The notes beneath the pieces are model-generated. The model did not search any database, was not told where the DNA came from, and saw nothing but the letters and a program-made list of their open reading frames with translations. From Macrostomum lignano (taxonomy: Eukaryota): a stretch of DNA of 33,800 nt. The stretch covers positions 1-33,800 of the forward strand of contig NIVC01002663.1 of assembly GCA_002269645.1 (NCBI GenBank), read 5' to 3'. Position 1 is the stretch's first letter, and every line of letters starts with the position of its first letter. Shown here one piece after another: positions 1 through 12,720 of the stretch. The translations under genes were made by a program, and so were the position numbers.

Positions 1-560
1 GTGGGATGCAGGTGAGATGCGGGTTGGGATGCAGGTGGGATGCGGGTTGGGTTGGGGAGATCGACAGTAAAGATGCTTGATTATAGTTTATAAATTTATT
101 CAGCTATTAACTTATCAGAGAATGGCTGATAAGCAAGTAGACCTCTCATCGCGAAGGCTTCTGCAGCCGTGTCCCGTCTCGGTCTAGCTGGAATGGCTGC
201 TGCATATTTATTTTTCATAAATCGTTCAGTCTATCTGCAGCCCGCAGAAATCAGGTGGCCTGGGGGCGCGCTGGCCAGTTGATTATTGCTTTGCTAATCT
301 CACCTATAGTGCTGGGGTCTGCCATGTACTAATGACCTGATGCGTGAATAGCGCACCCTAACCTGATGCCAGGGAATAGGAAATAGGAAACCAAGGATTG
401 GCAGAGCTAAGAATTGATGGAATAGCCGCCGTAGGGAACAGACTAGGGGGTTGGAATCTTTAGTGTGGCCGAGGATTTTGGAAAATCATTGATGGAAAAG
501 GATTCTGGAATGTGGAATTGGGATTAAATCTGAAATGGAATCAGTATTGAGGTTTGGAAT

Positions 561-870
561 TGGGTCAGGGATGGAGTCTGGGATGGGGCTGGGATGGAGT
601 CTGGGATGGGGTCAGGGATGGGGTCTGGGATGGGGTCTGGGATGGGGTCTGCGATGGGGTCTGGATGGGGTCTGCGATGGGGTCTGGGATGGGGTCTGGG
701 ATGGAGTCTGGGATGGGGTCTGGGATGGGGTCTGGGATGGGGTCTGGGATGGAGTCTGGGATGGGGTCTGGATGATGGAGTCTGGATGGGTCAGGGATGG
801 GGTCAGGGATGGGGTCAGGGATGGGTCTGGGATGGGGTCTGGGATGGGTCTGGGATGGGTCTGGGATGGA
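561..870. repeat. G-rich 12-bp minisatellite (GGGATGGGGTCT)n, ~26 copies
   Basis: Directly visible; variants GGGATGGAGTCT and GGGATGGGGTCA. It generates the spurious ORFs at 535-1253. A related GGGATGCAGGT repeat is present at 1-56. Confidence 0.95.
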
Positions 871-1454
871 GGCTTGGATGTGGCTTCAATCAGAAGTCAA
901 TCATACATAATAAATTAATTCACCTTCTACTGAATAAACGATGGCACCACCTTCCAGGTAGAAGCTTCAGTCTGGAGAAGGCCGACTTTAGCGTTGTTGA
1001 ATGCAAGCAATGCATTTTATTTCTTTGCGTAGAAAAGTCTGACAATATTTTTTTAGTTGCACTTGTTAGGTGTGTCTGCCTGTGCAAGTTATCTTATTTA
1101 TCTGGCCTCGCACCTGAATATTTAAAATTTGCTTGCGCAGTGCAGCCTTTGAAAGTGCGAACGGAGTTCAAATTGTGCAGTGCAAGGCTGTTTCTGTTTT
1201 ACGATCGTACACTTGATATTTCTCTATCTAACTATAGAAAGGTGTACATATAAGCAAAGCAGTGCGAGTTGTGCTGTACACTGATAGCTATGAACTTAGG
1301 CCAGCTGAATCCATATGTTTCTGTTGGCTGGTTGGCTGGCACACGGACGCACGCTCACACAGAGTATAGCTCTTATAGCGGCACCGACCTTCTCATCATA
1401 TTTGTCTTTTGAGGTTGGCCTTCATGGACGTGAATAGCATCATGACAGTTGACA

Positions 1455-1715
1455 CTGTCTGAGGAGACAGGTTGATGCTGTCTGAGGAGACAGGTTGATG
1501 CTGTCTGAGGAGACAGGTTGGTGCTTTCTGAGGAGACAGGTTGATGCTTTCTGAGGAGACAGGTTGATGCTGTCTGAGGAGACAGGTTGATGCTGTCTGA
1601 GGAGACAGGTTGATGCTGTCTGAGGAGACAGGTTGATGCTTTCTGAGGAGACAGGTTGATGCTGTCTGAGGAGACAGTTGATGCTGTCTGAGGAGACAGG
1701 TTGATGCCGTCTGAG
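1455..1715. repeat. 23-bp minisatellite (CTGTCTGAGGAGACAGGTTGATG)n, ~11 copies
   Basis: Directly visible; each unit has the inverted repeat CTGTCT-GAGG-AGACAG. Confidence 0.95.
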
Positions 1716-1964
1716 TATTACACTAGCTAGATTAAAAATAGACAAGTCTTACACTGATATGATGACTTTCTGCATAAATTTTGCATTTGCTAACTCAACA
1801 AACGAACGTGCCAGCTAAATGACCTGGCTGAAGAAGACTTACCAGGAGGCTGGGTTGAGCTTGGAAGACATACAGCTCATTTCCTTCCCTGCTGGGCCTG
1901 TCTGTACCGAGGACCAGAGAGGAACAAATAAAATGCATTCAAAAAATCTGTTTGCCTCCAGTTT

Positions 1965-1979
1965 GTTAACCATGGCAAC
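1965..1979. promoter_or_regulatory. RFX X-box-like motif upstream of GPCR 1
   Basis: GTTAACCATGGCAAC has a perfect CCATGGCAAC half-site and an imperfect left half, and lies ~110 bp upstream of the ATG at 2090. Confidence 0.35.
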
Positions 1980-2089
1980 TGATTGAGAAACAGCGCACGA
2001 CCCGACTAATTCTGCCCTGAATTTGATAGTAAAAAAGTGAGCGGTTTGAAAGAAAATTGTGCGTGAGAGTAAGCAGACTCTGATGAACG

Positions 2090-3100
2090 ATGGAGCTTCG
2101 AGACAATGCGACGAACGAAACGGTCAACAGCCAGCAAGTTGTTGCTTCCAGTCCAGTAGAAACCTTTCTGTTGGCCTGTCGAGCTCTGCTCCTAGCCGTT
2201 GGTCTGGCTTTGAACTGGCTCTGCCTGGCCGCCACACTGCTGCCGGGCGGCGGTCGCTTCGGTGGAGCTTCAAATCGGGTGGCTGGCCGTCTGCTAGCGC
2301 ACCAGTTCGGCGTCGACTCGATCGTGTGCCTCCTTTGCCTGCTGTACACGCCCGGCTGGCTGCCCGACCTGCTTGACCAGGGCGGCCCGGCCCTGTGCTA
2401 CCTGTGGCACACGCAGACCGTCTATTGGGCCATTGTGGCTGTGGGAGTTGGCAACCTGCTGCTTATCAACTGGGAGAGATTCTCCGCGGTGGTCAGGCCC
2501 ATCAGCTACCGATCCAGGGCGGCGGCCCGCTGCGGCCTGGCCGGCCAGATGGTCGCCATCTACCTGGCCGCCGTGGTCTTCGCCCTGCCCACCGCTTTCT
2601 ACGTCCGCTACGACTTCGACATCGGCGCCTGCAGGCCCGGCGAGCCGGCCATCCGGTCCGCCACCATGGACAGCCTGCTCATGGGCCACTCGCTGCTCTG
2701 GTTTATCGGCGTCTACCTTGGCCCGATGGTTGCCATGACAACTATGCAAGCTCGAGTGGTGGCCGCGGTCAGGGCCACGCCTAGCGGTCGGTCGGCCATG
2801 GAACTCACCAGAACTGCCGTGGTGGCGACATTGCTATTCGGGACGACATTCGCACTGGATTCGTTCTACTACCTCATCGGCTCGCTGGCGCCCGGCATTC
2901 AATACGAGCTCAACTCGCCGCTGCAGGTCGCTAGCAGCTTCCTGGTGACCGTCAACTCGTGCGCCAACGCGCCAGTCTACTTAGCTGGCGTGCGCAGACT
3001 GCGAATTCGAATGCGCCGCGTGCTCACCTGCGGCGGGCGCCTGCTAAAAACAGCTTCAGCCGCCACAGTAGGACCTGAGACGGTGGACACCGAGTTCTAG
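2090..3100 (+). CDS. Intronless class A (rhodopsin-like) GPCR, orphan peptide-receptor-like, 336 aa
   Basis: Seven hydrophobic segments; N-terminal sequons NAT and NET; TM1 GLALN; TM2 HQFGVD; TM3 LCYLW...INWERFSAVVRP (ERF in place of DRY); ECL2 Cys (GACRP); TM5 YLGP; TM7 NSCANAPVY; basic helix 8; strong GC3 bias. Confidence 0.92.
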   Translation: MELRDNATNETVNSQQVVASSPVETFLLACRALLLAVGLALNWLCLAATLLPGGGRFGGASNRVAGRLLAHQFGVDSIVCLLCLLYTPGWLPDLLDQGGPALCYLWHTQTVYWAIVAVGVGNLLLINWERFSAVVRPISYRSRAAARCGLAGQMVAIYLAAVVFALPTAFYVRYDFDIGACRPGEPAIRSATMDSLLMGHSLLWFIGVYLGPMVAMTTMQARVVAAVRATPSGRSAMELTRTAVVATLLFGTTFALDSFYYLIGSLAPGIQYELNSPLQVASSFLVTVNSCANAPVYLAGVRRLRIRMRRVLTCGGRLLKTASAATVGPETVDTEF

Positions 3101-3225
3101 CACTGGCTCATAGCAATAAACAGCAATTACTCATTGATACATTCTTCCCTCGATCCCTTACTGCCCCCCTTATGTACTCCTCAAGATGTCTCACTATCCT
3201 CTCCAAAACCCCACCTGCCTTTCAC

Positions 3226-4138
3226 CCTCCCTGCCCCAACCCCTCCTAATTAAACCGCAGCTGCCTCCCTCCCTGCCCCAACCCCTCCTAATTAAACCGC
3301 AGCTGCCTCTGTCTCCCTGCCCCAACCCCTCCTAATTAAACCGCAGCTGCCTCCCTCCCTGCCCCAACCCTCCTAATTAAACCGCAGCTGCCTCCCTCCC
3401 TGCCCCAACCCCTCCTAATTAAACCGCAGCTGCCTCTGTCTCCCTGCCCCAACCCCTCCTCATTAAACCGCAGCTGCCTCTGTCTCCCTGTCCAAGCCCT
3501 CCCAATTAAACCGCAGCTGCCTTTGTCTCCCTGTCCAAGCCCTCCCAATTAAACCGCAGCTGCCTCTGTCTCCCTGTCCAAGCCCTCCCAATTAAACTGC
3601 AGCTGCCTCTGTCTCCCTGTCCAAGCCCTCCCAATTAAACCGCAGCCGCCTCCCTCCCTGCCCCAACCCCTCCTAATTAAACCGCAGCCGCCTCCCTCCC
3701 TGCCCCAACCCCTCCTAATTAAACCGCAGCTGCCTCTGTCTCCCTGTCCAAGCCCTCCCAATTAAACCGCAGCTTCCTTCCTCCCTGCCCCAACCCCTCC
3801 TAATTAAACCGCAGCCGCCTCCCTCCCTGCCCCAACCCCTCCTAATTAAACCGCAGCTGCCTCCCTCCCTGCCCAACCCCTCCTAATTAAACCGCAGCTG
3901 CCTCTGTCTCCCTGTCCAAGCCCTCCCAATTAAACCGCAGCTGCCTCCCTCCCTGCCCCAACCCCTCCTAATTAAACCGCAGCCGCCTCCCTCCCTGCCC
4001 CAACCCCTCCCAATTAAACCGCAGCCGCCTCCCCCCTGCCCCAACCCCTCCTAATTAAACCGCAGCTGCCTCTGTCTCCCTGTCCAAGCCCTCCTAATTA
4101 AACCGCAGCCGCCTCCCTCCCTGCCCCAACCCCTCCTA
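3226..4138. repeat. 42-44-bp minisatellite, ~21 copies (core CCTAATTAAACCGCAGCTGCCTC)
   Basis: Directly visible. Two interspersed subtypes (CCCCAACCCCTCCTAATT and TCCAAGCCCTCCCAATT) and two linkers (CCCTCCCTG and TGTCTCCCTG). Confidence 0.95.
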
Positions 4139-4985
4139 GGTGAACTCCAGCTGTCCAAACCCTCCTACTCAAGTCCAAAAGATTCGTGCCTCGACAATTT
4201 TTGAATCCAGCTAGCTAGCAAAGCTTCAATATCGAAATTGAAAAATATAAACTCACCAAAAGTAAAAACACACCGGACTCAGCGACTTCGCTCAGGATGG
4301 CACAGCTTATCCGGGTATTTCTATAATCTTCATTTTTCGATTTTTTATGAAAAGAAGACCTTGAATTTCTGACCTCGATGCGAAATCGAATTTTTTGAGT
4401 TCATCCCTCCGAGTTTCTGTCAGCAAGAAGAGAAGGATTAAGCAACTGTCAGGAATGCCTCTCACAGAGCAGCAGCCCCTCCAGGTCATCCGGTTCTCCC
4501 CCCCAGAACTGCGAACTTAATTCCCTACCAAGCGTGTCCGGGAATAGTGCTTTCTCTCTCACTCTGAATAAATCAAACTAGTTTGAGCAGGGGGAAGCCT
4601 TGGGGCCAGATATTCTATATGATTAGGATGTTTTCATTAGGCAAGAGTCTACCCGACTCTGAATAGCCAGTGAGCTGCTAATTGCTCTTAACTGAACTTT
4701 TTTACTTTTATTTCATTTTGCTTAGTCGCTGGGCAGCTCCGAATTGTAAATGAAAGTTCATTTTTTCTCGCTAATGGCTTCTCTTGGAGTTTGTAAAGAA
4801 AAAATTGATTGCAAGAAATATTATTGACTAATTATTACATGTTTGTGTAATAATGAACATGAACGGCAAAATCTCAGGCCGCGACCTCTGGTTCAATTCC
4901 GAGCGCTGCAAATTAATTTGAGTGTTGAGCACGAAAATTTACCGGGATTTGCCTATGTGATTAAAAATGCATGATTCTCTTATCT

Positions 4986-6682
4986 CTGCATGATTCTGTG
5001 TGTTCTATGTGTGATTATCACTGCATGATTATGTGTGTTCTATGTACGATTATCACTGCATGATTCTGTGTGTTCTATGTGTGATTATCACTGCATGATT
5101 CTGTGTGTTCTATGTGTGATTATCACTGCATGATTATGTGTGTTCTATGTGTGATTATCACTGCATGATTCTGTGTGTTCTATGTGTGATTATCACTGCA
5201 TGATTATGTGTGTTCTATGTGTGATTATGATTGCATGATTCTGTGTGTTCTATGTGTGATTATCACTGCATGATTATGTGTGTTCTATGTGTGATTATCA
5301 CTGCATGATTATGTGTGTTCTATGTGTGATTATCACTGAATGATTCTGTGTGTTCTATGTGTGATTATCACTGCATGATTCTGTGTGTTCTATGTGTGAT
5401 TATCACTGCATGATTGTGTGTTCTATGTGTGATTATCACTGCATGATTCTGTGTGTTCTATGTGTGATTATCACTGCATGATTATGTGTGTTCTATGTGT
5501 GATTATGATTGCATGATTCTGTGTGTTCTATGTGTGATTATCACTGCATGATTATGTGTGTTCTATGTGTGATTATCACTGCATGATTATGTGTGTTCTA
5601 TGTGTGATTATCACTGCATGATTATGTGTGTTCTATGTGTGATTATCACTGCATGATTCTGTGTGTTCTATGTGTGATTATCACTGCATGATTATGTGTG
5701 TTCTATGTGTGATTATCACTGCATGATTATGTGTGTTCTATGTGTGATTATCACTGCATGATTCTGTGTGTTCTATGTGTGATTATCACTGCATGATTAT
5801 GTGTGTTCTATGTGTGATTATCACTGCATGATTATGTGTGTTCTATGTGTGATTATCACTGCATGATTATGTGTGTTCTATGTGTGATTATCACTGAATG
5901 ATTATGTGTGTTCTATGTGTGATTATCACTGCATGATTATGTGTGTTCTATGTGTGATTATCACTGCATGATTATGTGTGTTCTATGTACGATTATCACT
6001 GCATGATTATGTGTGTTCTATGTGTGATTATCACTGCATGATTATGTGTGTTCTATGTGTGATTATCACTGCATGATTATGTGTGTTCTATGTACGATTA
6101 TCACTGCATGATTATGTGTGTTCTATGTGTGATTATCACTGCATGATTATGTGTGTTCTATGTGTGATTATCACTGCATGATTATGTGTGTTCTATGTGT
6201 GATTATCACTGCATGATTATGTGTGTTCTATGTGTGATTATCACTGCATGATTATGTGTGTTCTATGTACGATTATCACTGCATGATTATGTGTGTTCTA
6301 TGTGTGATTATCACTGCATGATTATGTGTGTTCTATGTGTGATTATCACTGCATGATTATGTGTGTTCTATGTACGATTATCACTGCATGATTATGTGTG
6401 TTCTATGTGTGATTATCACTGCATGATTATGTGTGTTCTATGTGTGATTATCACTGCATGATTATGTGTGTTCTATGTGTGATTATCACTGCATGATTAT
6501 GTGTGTTCTATGTGTGATTATCACTGCATGATTATGTGTGTTCTATGTGTGATTATCACTGCATGATTTCTGTGTGTTCTATGTATGATTATCACTGAAT
6601 GATTATGTGTGTTCTATGTGTGATTATCACTGAATGATTCTGTGTGTTCTATGTGTGATTATCACTGAATGATTCTGTGTGT
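4986..6682. repeat. 35-bp minisatellite (CTGCATGATTATGTGTGTTCTATGTGTGATTATCA)n, ~48 copies
   Basis: Directly visible and highly homogeneous, with a few diagnostic variants (ATTCTG, TGTAC, TATGATTG, CTGAATG). Confidence 0.97.
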
Positions 6683-7072
6683 AGGAGAGTACACAGTAGG
6701 ACAGACATTCCCACTCTTAGTTCTGCAATCCGGAAAACTATGCTATTTTTCCAAAGCTGGTTAGTGCTGTACCCCTATTACCTGCCAAAAGTTGAAGCAT
6801 TTTTCATTTCCACTGATCAAAACATTTGTTAAAAAAGGCAGCCAAAAATTCTGCCTCTGCTTTCCTGACCTTCATCATTACCTACTGAACTCGCTTGGGC
6901 CTCTTGCTTTTGTGCCTGATTCCGGATGTCAAACAAGCGACTGCCGCGGAATCCGCTTTCCATTCACCCAGACGTTTTTGCTTTTCACTGCAGCAATTAA
7001 AAAATGTAGCAGCCCTTTGTTCTTTTTGTATTACTGCCGACTCAAACAGACAGAAAGAGAAATACGTAGATC

Positions 7073-9017
<1,945 letters not shown>

Positions 9018-9520
9018 CTATAGATGGATATATAAGATAGATATATTTATGTACTGTTATACTGATATTCAGTCCAATATATTTCCTGTTCAGTAACCGA
9101 TTTTTGGCAATCCCGGGCATAAGATTCGAACAGTTTTTTGACTTTATAATCTCTTGCCAGTTGGACTCATTAATGGTGCTCAAAAGCAGTGCAGCGAGTT
9201 CAAAGGCAACAAAGAAAGTATAATTAGGTATTTTTACCTGAGTGCGGCTGCTTTGTTGAGTATCTAAATTAATTTCAATGAAGCAAAAATTTATGATTTT
9301 TTGCATGTAAAATCATTGAAAAGAAAAATCAAGTTTCAAGAGTTAATGGTCGGATTTTTAAGCTTCTTAAATCCTTTTTGAAGTTTTTGAGTTTTTACTT
9401 AAGTCCTTACTGAAGACCCTGCTGAAGTCGTTGAATTATAGCATGTTCACTACAGCTGTGCAATCCAAGTCAATCATCACGGATGTGAAATTCATTTGAT
9501 AGAACCGACTGTCAACTCAC

Positions 9521-9703
9521 GACATCATTAAACAGAAGCCAACTTCTATGAGAGAGGCTGCTGCTGGCATTCTTTGTACCGATGTCTATGGCCAAATGCT
9601 CAAATTGGTTTCCGTTTCCGTATATGTCTATGTCTATGGGCAAGACCAAATCACTGCTCAATTTGACATAAGCAATATTTTTGCGGCCCAGTTTCTGCGA
9701 GCA
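9521..9703 (-). CDS. Candidate internal exon of an unidentified multi-exon minus-strand gene
   Basis: Acceptor aaatttcag and donor GTGAGT flank 183 nt that are open in one frame only (CSQKLGRKNIAYVKLSSDLVLPIDIDIYGNGNQFEHLAIDIGTKNASSSLSHRSWLLFNDV), phase 0-0. No family recognised. Confidence 0.4.
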
Positions 9704-9795
9704 CTGAAATTTAATGATGCAGGCGCCTCATCAGAATCGAGAATCTCATCCATATTTGATTCATGGATTTGGTCATAGAACATAGACCATTTTAA

Positions 9796-10080
9796 GGCGG
9801 TTGTAGCCTAGTGGTTAGAGCGTCGGACTCACCACTGGAAGGTCGGGGGTTCGATTTTCGACCCACTCGGAACAATTTGTGTCCTTGAGCAAGACACTTG
9901 ACTCTGCATTGCTTCAGTTTACCCAGCTGTAAAATGGGTGCCAGCATTAGCTGGGGTAATTGAGGGTGTGTGTGGCGACCCCCCAGTCCTTGGACTGAAC
10001 AGCCGTACGCAGCCTTCAGATTTCGGCTGCACACCTGCCTATTAGGGTAGTTGTAATCAATTATTATTATATATTATATT
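9796..10080 (+). mobile_element. tRNA-derived SINE with CORE-like central domain
   Basis: A box TAGCCTAGTGG (9804-9814); degenerate B box GGTTCGATT (9848-9856); GTGTCCTTGAGCAAGACACTT...CTTCAGTTTACCCAGCTGTAAAATGGG resembles the CORE/MIR domain; (TTA)n-like tail at ~10060-10080; no pairing acceptor stem. Confidence 0.8.
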
Positions 10081-10146
10081 AAACCATGAAGTTTAACCAT
10101 AGACAAAATCAATCAAATTTCGAAACTGCTAAATGAAGAAGTTCAC

Positions 10147-10251
10147 CTTCAGCTTAAGGCCAGCATGATTCGGGTGGCTCATGCTCTGGCCCCATGGTTG
10201 AATTCGCATCTTCTGCTTTAGAACTTTGTTGGTTTGCTTAAACCATTTTTT
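10147..10251 (-). CDS. Candidate internal exon of the same minus-strand gene
   Basis: Acceptor gtttgcag, donor GTGAAC, 105 nt open (KKWFKQTNKVLKQKMRIQPWGQSMSHPNHAGLKLK); phase-compatible with exon 9521-9703, with the SINE in the intervening intron. Confidence 0.3.
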
Positions 10252-10975
10252 CTGCAAACTCTACTGGATCCCATGGGATAAGATATCTGAAATATCTGTA
10301 GAATTAGTCCATTTTCTTTCTGCTGAATGAATAAATGAATAAATATGACAGAGATACTGTTTCGCCAACCCTCTGGGTCGCAGCTGTTCCAGCGAAATCG
10401 TCAAGTCCTAGATTAGCGGCTGTCTCTTGAGTGATGATTTACAATCCTGCATTTGGTCGACGCTTCTGAGCATCTGCCTCATGCAAATTTCACGGCTGGG
10501 GGAGAGGAAACAACCTTTTCCTGTGGGCTGGAAGACTTTGAGAGGGCGGGGAGGCAGAAGTATGGACTTACAGAACAAAGATAATCAGAGAAGAAAAACT
10601 TCTCTCTCTCTCCTATCCGCGTGCGTTAGGGTCAGGGATTGTTGGACACTCTGAGAAGTGGATCAGCTACTCCCAGTGCGTTGGGAGCTGATCTAATTCC
10701 GAGAGTTGAGATCCAATTTGTTTTGAGATGCATTTTGCAAATTAGAAACTTCCTAGAAAATACTGGCGCCTTGCGATCAACTGGAGTGTCAAAGGAGAAT
10801 GTTTTAGTTGCCGGTACACTTGAGAATGCAGTTGCTGTTGCATTTGAATTGACGCTTTGACGCTTTTAGCGATTCCTCAAAACGCAGAAGGCTGATGGAG
10901 CTGCGTTAAAAATCTGGACAGGAACTGGAATATTTACATAAAAAAAGAACTTTGGGAGAGATAGCAGGGGTGAAG

Positions 10976-11600
10976 GTAGCAGCCCTCCATTGGACCATGG
11001 AGAAGGGTAGCAGCCCTCCATTGGACCATGGAGAAGGGTAGCAGAACTCCATTGGACCATGGAGAAGGGTAGCAGCCCTCCATTGGACCATGGAGAAGGG
11101 TAGCCGCCCTCCATTGGACCATGGAGAAGGGTAGCAGAACTCCATTGGACCATGGAGAAGGGTAGCAGGCCTCCATTGGACCATGGAGAAGGGTAGCAGG
11201 CCTCCAACAGACCAAAAGAGAGGGTAGCAGGCCTCCAACAGACCAAAAGAGAGGGTAGCAGGCCTCAAACAGACCAAAAGAGAGGGTAGCAGGCCTCCAA
11301 CAGACCAAAAGAGAGGGTAGCAGCCCTCCAACAGACCAAAAAAGAGGGTAGCAGGCCTCCAACAGACCAAAAGAGAGGGTAGCAGCCCTCCAACAGACCA
11401 AAAAAGAGGGTAGCAGGCCTCCAACAGACCAAAAAAGAGGGTAGCAGGCCTCCAACAGACCAAAAAAGAGGGTAGCAGGCCTCCAACAGACCAAAAAAGA
11501 GGGTAGCAGGCCTCCAACAGACCAAAAAAGAGGGTAGCAGGCCTCCAACAGACCAAAAAAGAGGGTAGCAGCCCTCCAACAGACCAAAAGAGGGTAGCAG
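10976..11600. repeat. 31-bp minisatellite with two polarised subtypes, ~20 copies
   Basis: Subtype A GGGTAGCAGCCCTCCATTGGACCATGGAGAA (~7 copies, to 11190), then subtype B GGGTAGCAGGCCTCCAACAGACCAAAAGAGA (~13 copies). Confidence 0.95.
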
Positions 11601-12720
11601 TCAACAGACCAGAGCAGCTCCAACGGACTAGGATGAAGGGTAGCAGACTGCGTTAAGTAGTATTGCAACCCTCCAATGAACCGAGGAGGGAATACTCTAT
11701 CTCTAATGTGTCACATGCCAAAAAACTACCCATTATCCAATGCCTGATAAAAATGAATTATGCTCTATATTTTCAATTATAAACCCTTTCATCTCTGTTC
11801 CGATGCAGGGAGAGTCTATGCGAACAACACTGAGCAGGCATTGATTGGCTGTCGCAAATATGAGCAAGGTGCCACACCGAAATAGCGGGAGGCTGTTTTG
11901 TTATTATACGAGCAGTTGCTACGAAAACACAGATGAGCGGCCAGCTATGTACACCAACAATCAAGCGCTTGTGATGACGATAGTAGATGCTGGAGTTTTC
12001 GATTTACTCTGCGAAATCCCCTGGGAACGGAGTGCGAAATAGGATAGAGAGAGAGAGAGAGTGAGAGTGATAGAGTGAGAGGATTCGCCAGCTAGAATTG
12101 AGCATAGAGGCTGGAGGCAATTAAACTGGTAGATAAATATCGAAAACGCCCGATGCTATTCCCGGCGATAGCACATATTGCTAGCATCGCAGCGCGGCTG
12201 GAGAGTGAGAGAGGACTGAAAGGGAGAAAGCGATCGCGGATCGTAAGAGCCGGGGTGACTGAAGCGGAACGGAAAGAGCCTGGGACTCCCCAGAGCAGCG
12301 AGTGAGAGCAGCTTGAAAAAAATCTCAGAGAAGCTAGGAGTGACGCGCCCAGGATTCCGGAGATTGAAACGGACCCCCTGTGCCGCAAAGCAGTGAAGTG
12401 GAGGACACGACCGGAGTGAATGATATTGCATCCTCGCTCCTGTCCCGCCTCGCTCTCCTTGCAGCCTTCTATTCCATGACCGTGTAGCCCGTGGCGTATC
12501 TCTCACTCTTTCTCGCATCCCAAACTCTCGCACACTCCTGACAGCCAATAGCCGCGGGTCACTTGGCGCGATATCGGGAAGCAATTGGAACGGAAGAGTC
12601 AGAGGAGAGAGAGAAAAGGAAAATATTAGCGACTGCAGACTTAGTCGGTAGAGTTAACTCTTGCCAGCCATTCATTCCATTCGTCTAACAGAATCTCGAC
12701 AACGTCGTCAAAAAGCCCCA

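Noticed and set aside
535-1253. Three Gly/Trp-rich ORFs
   Set aside because: All three frames are open only because of the 12-bp repeat.
2294-2784. Overlapping and antisense ORFs within GPCR 1 (also within GPCR 2 and 17437-20112)
   Set aside because: Expected shadow ORFs of GC3-rich coding sequence; no recognisable motifs.
9796-9870. tRNA gene
   Set aside because: The acceptor stem cannot pair, the B box is degenerate, and the sequence continues into a SINE body.
10430-10470. C/D-box snoRNA (GTGATGA...CTGA)
   Set aside because: Boxes are only ~30 nt apart, with no terminal stem.
10866-11668. Repetitive minus-strand ORFs and CRISPR-like appearance of the 31-mer array
   Set aside because: The variable parts are two repeated subtypes, not unique spacers; no cas genes; eukaryotic context; ORFs are repeat artefacts.
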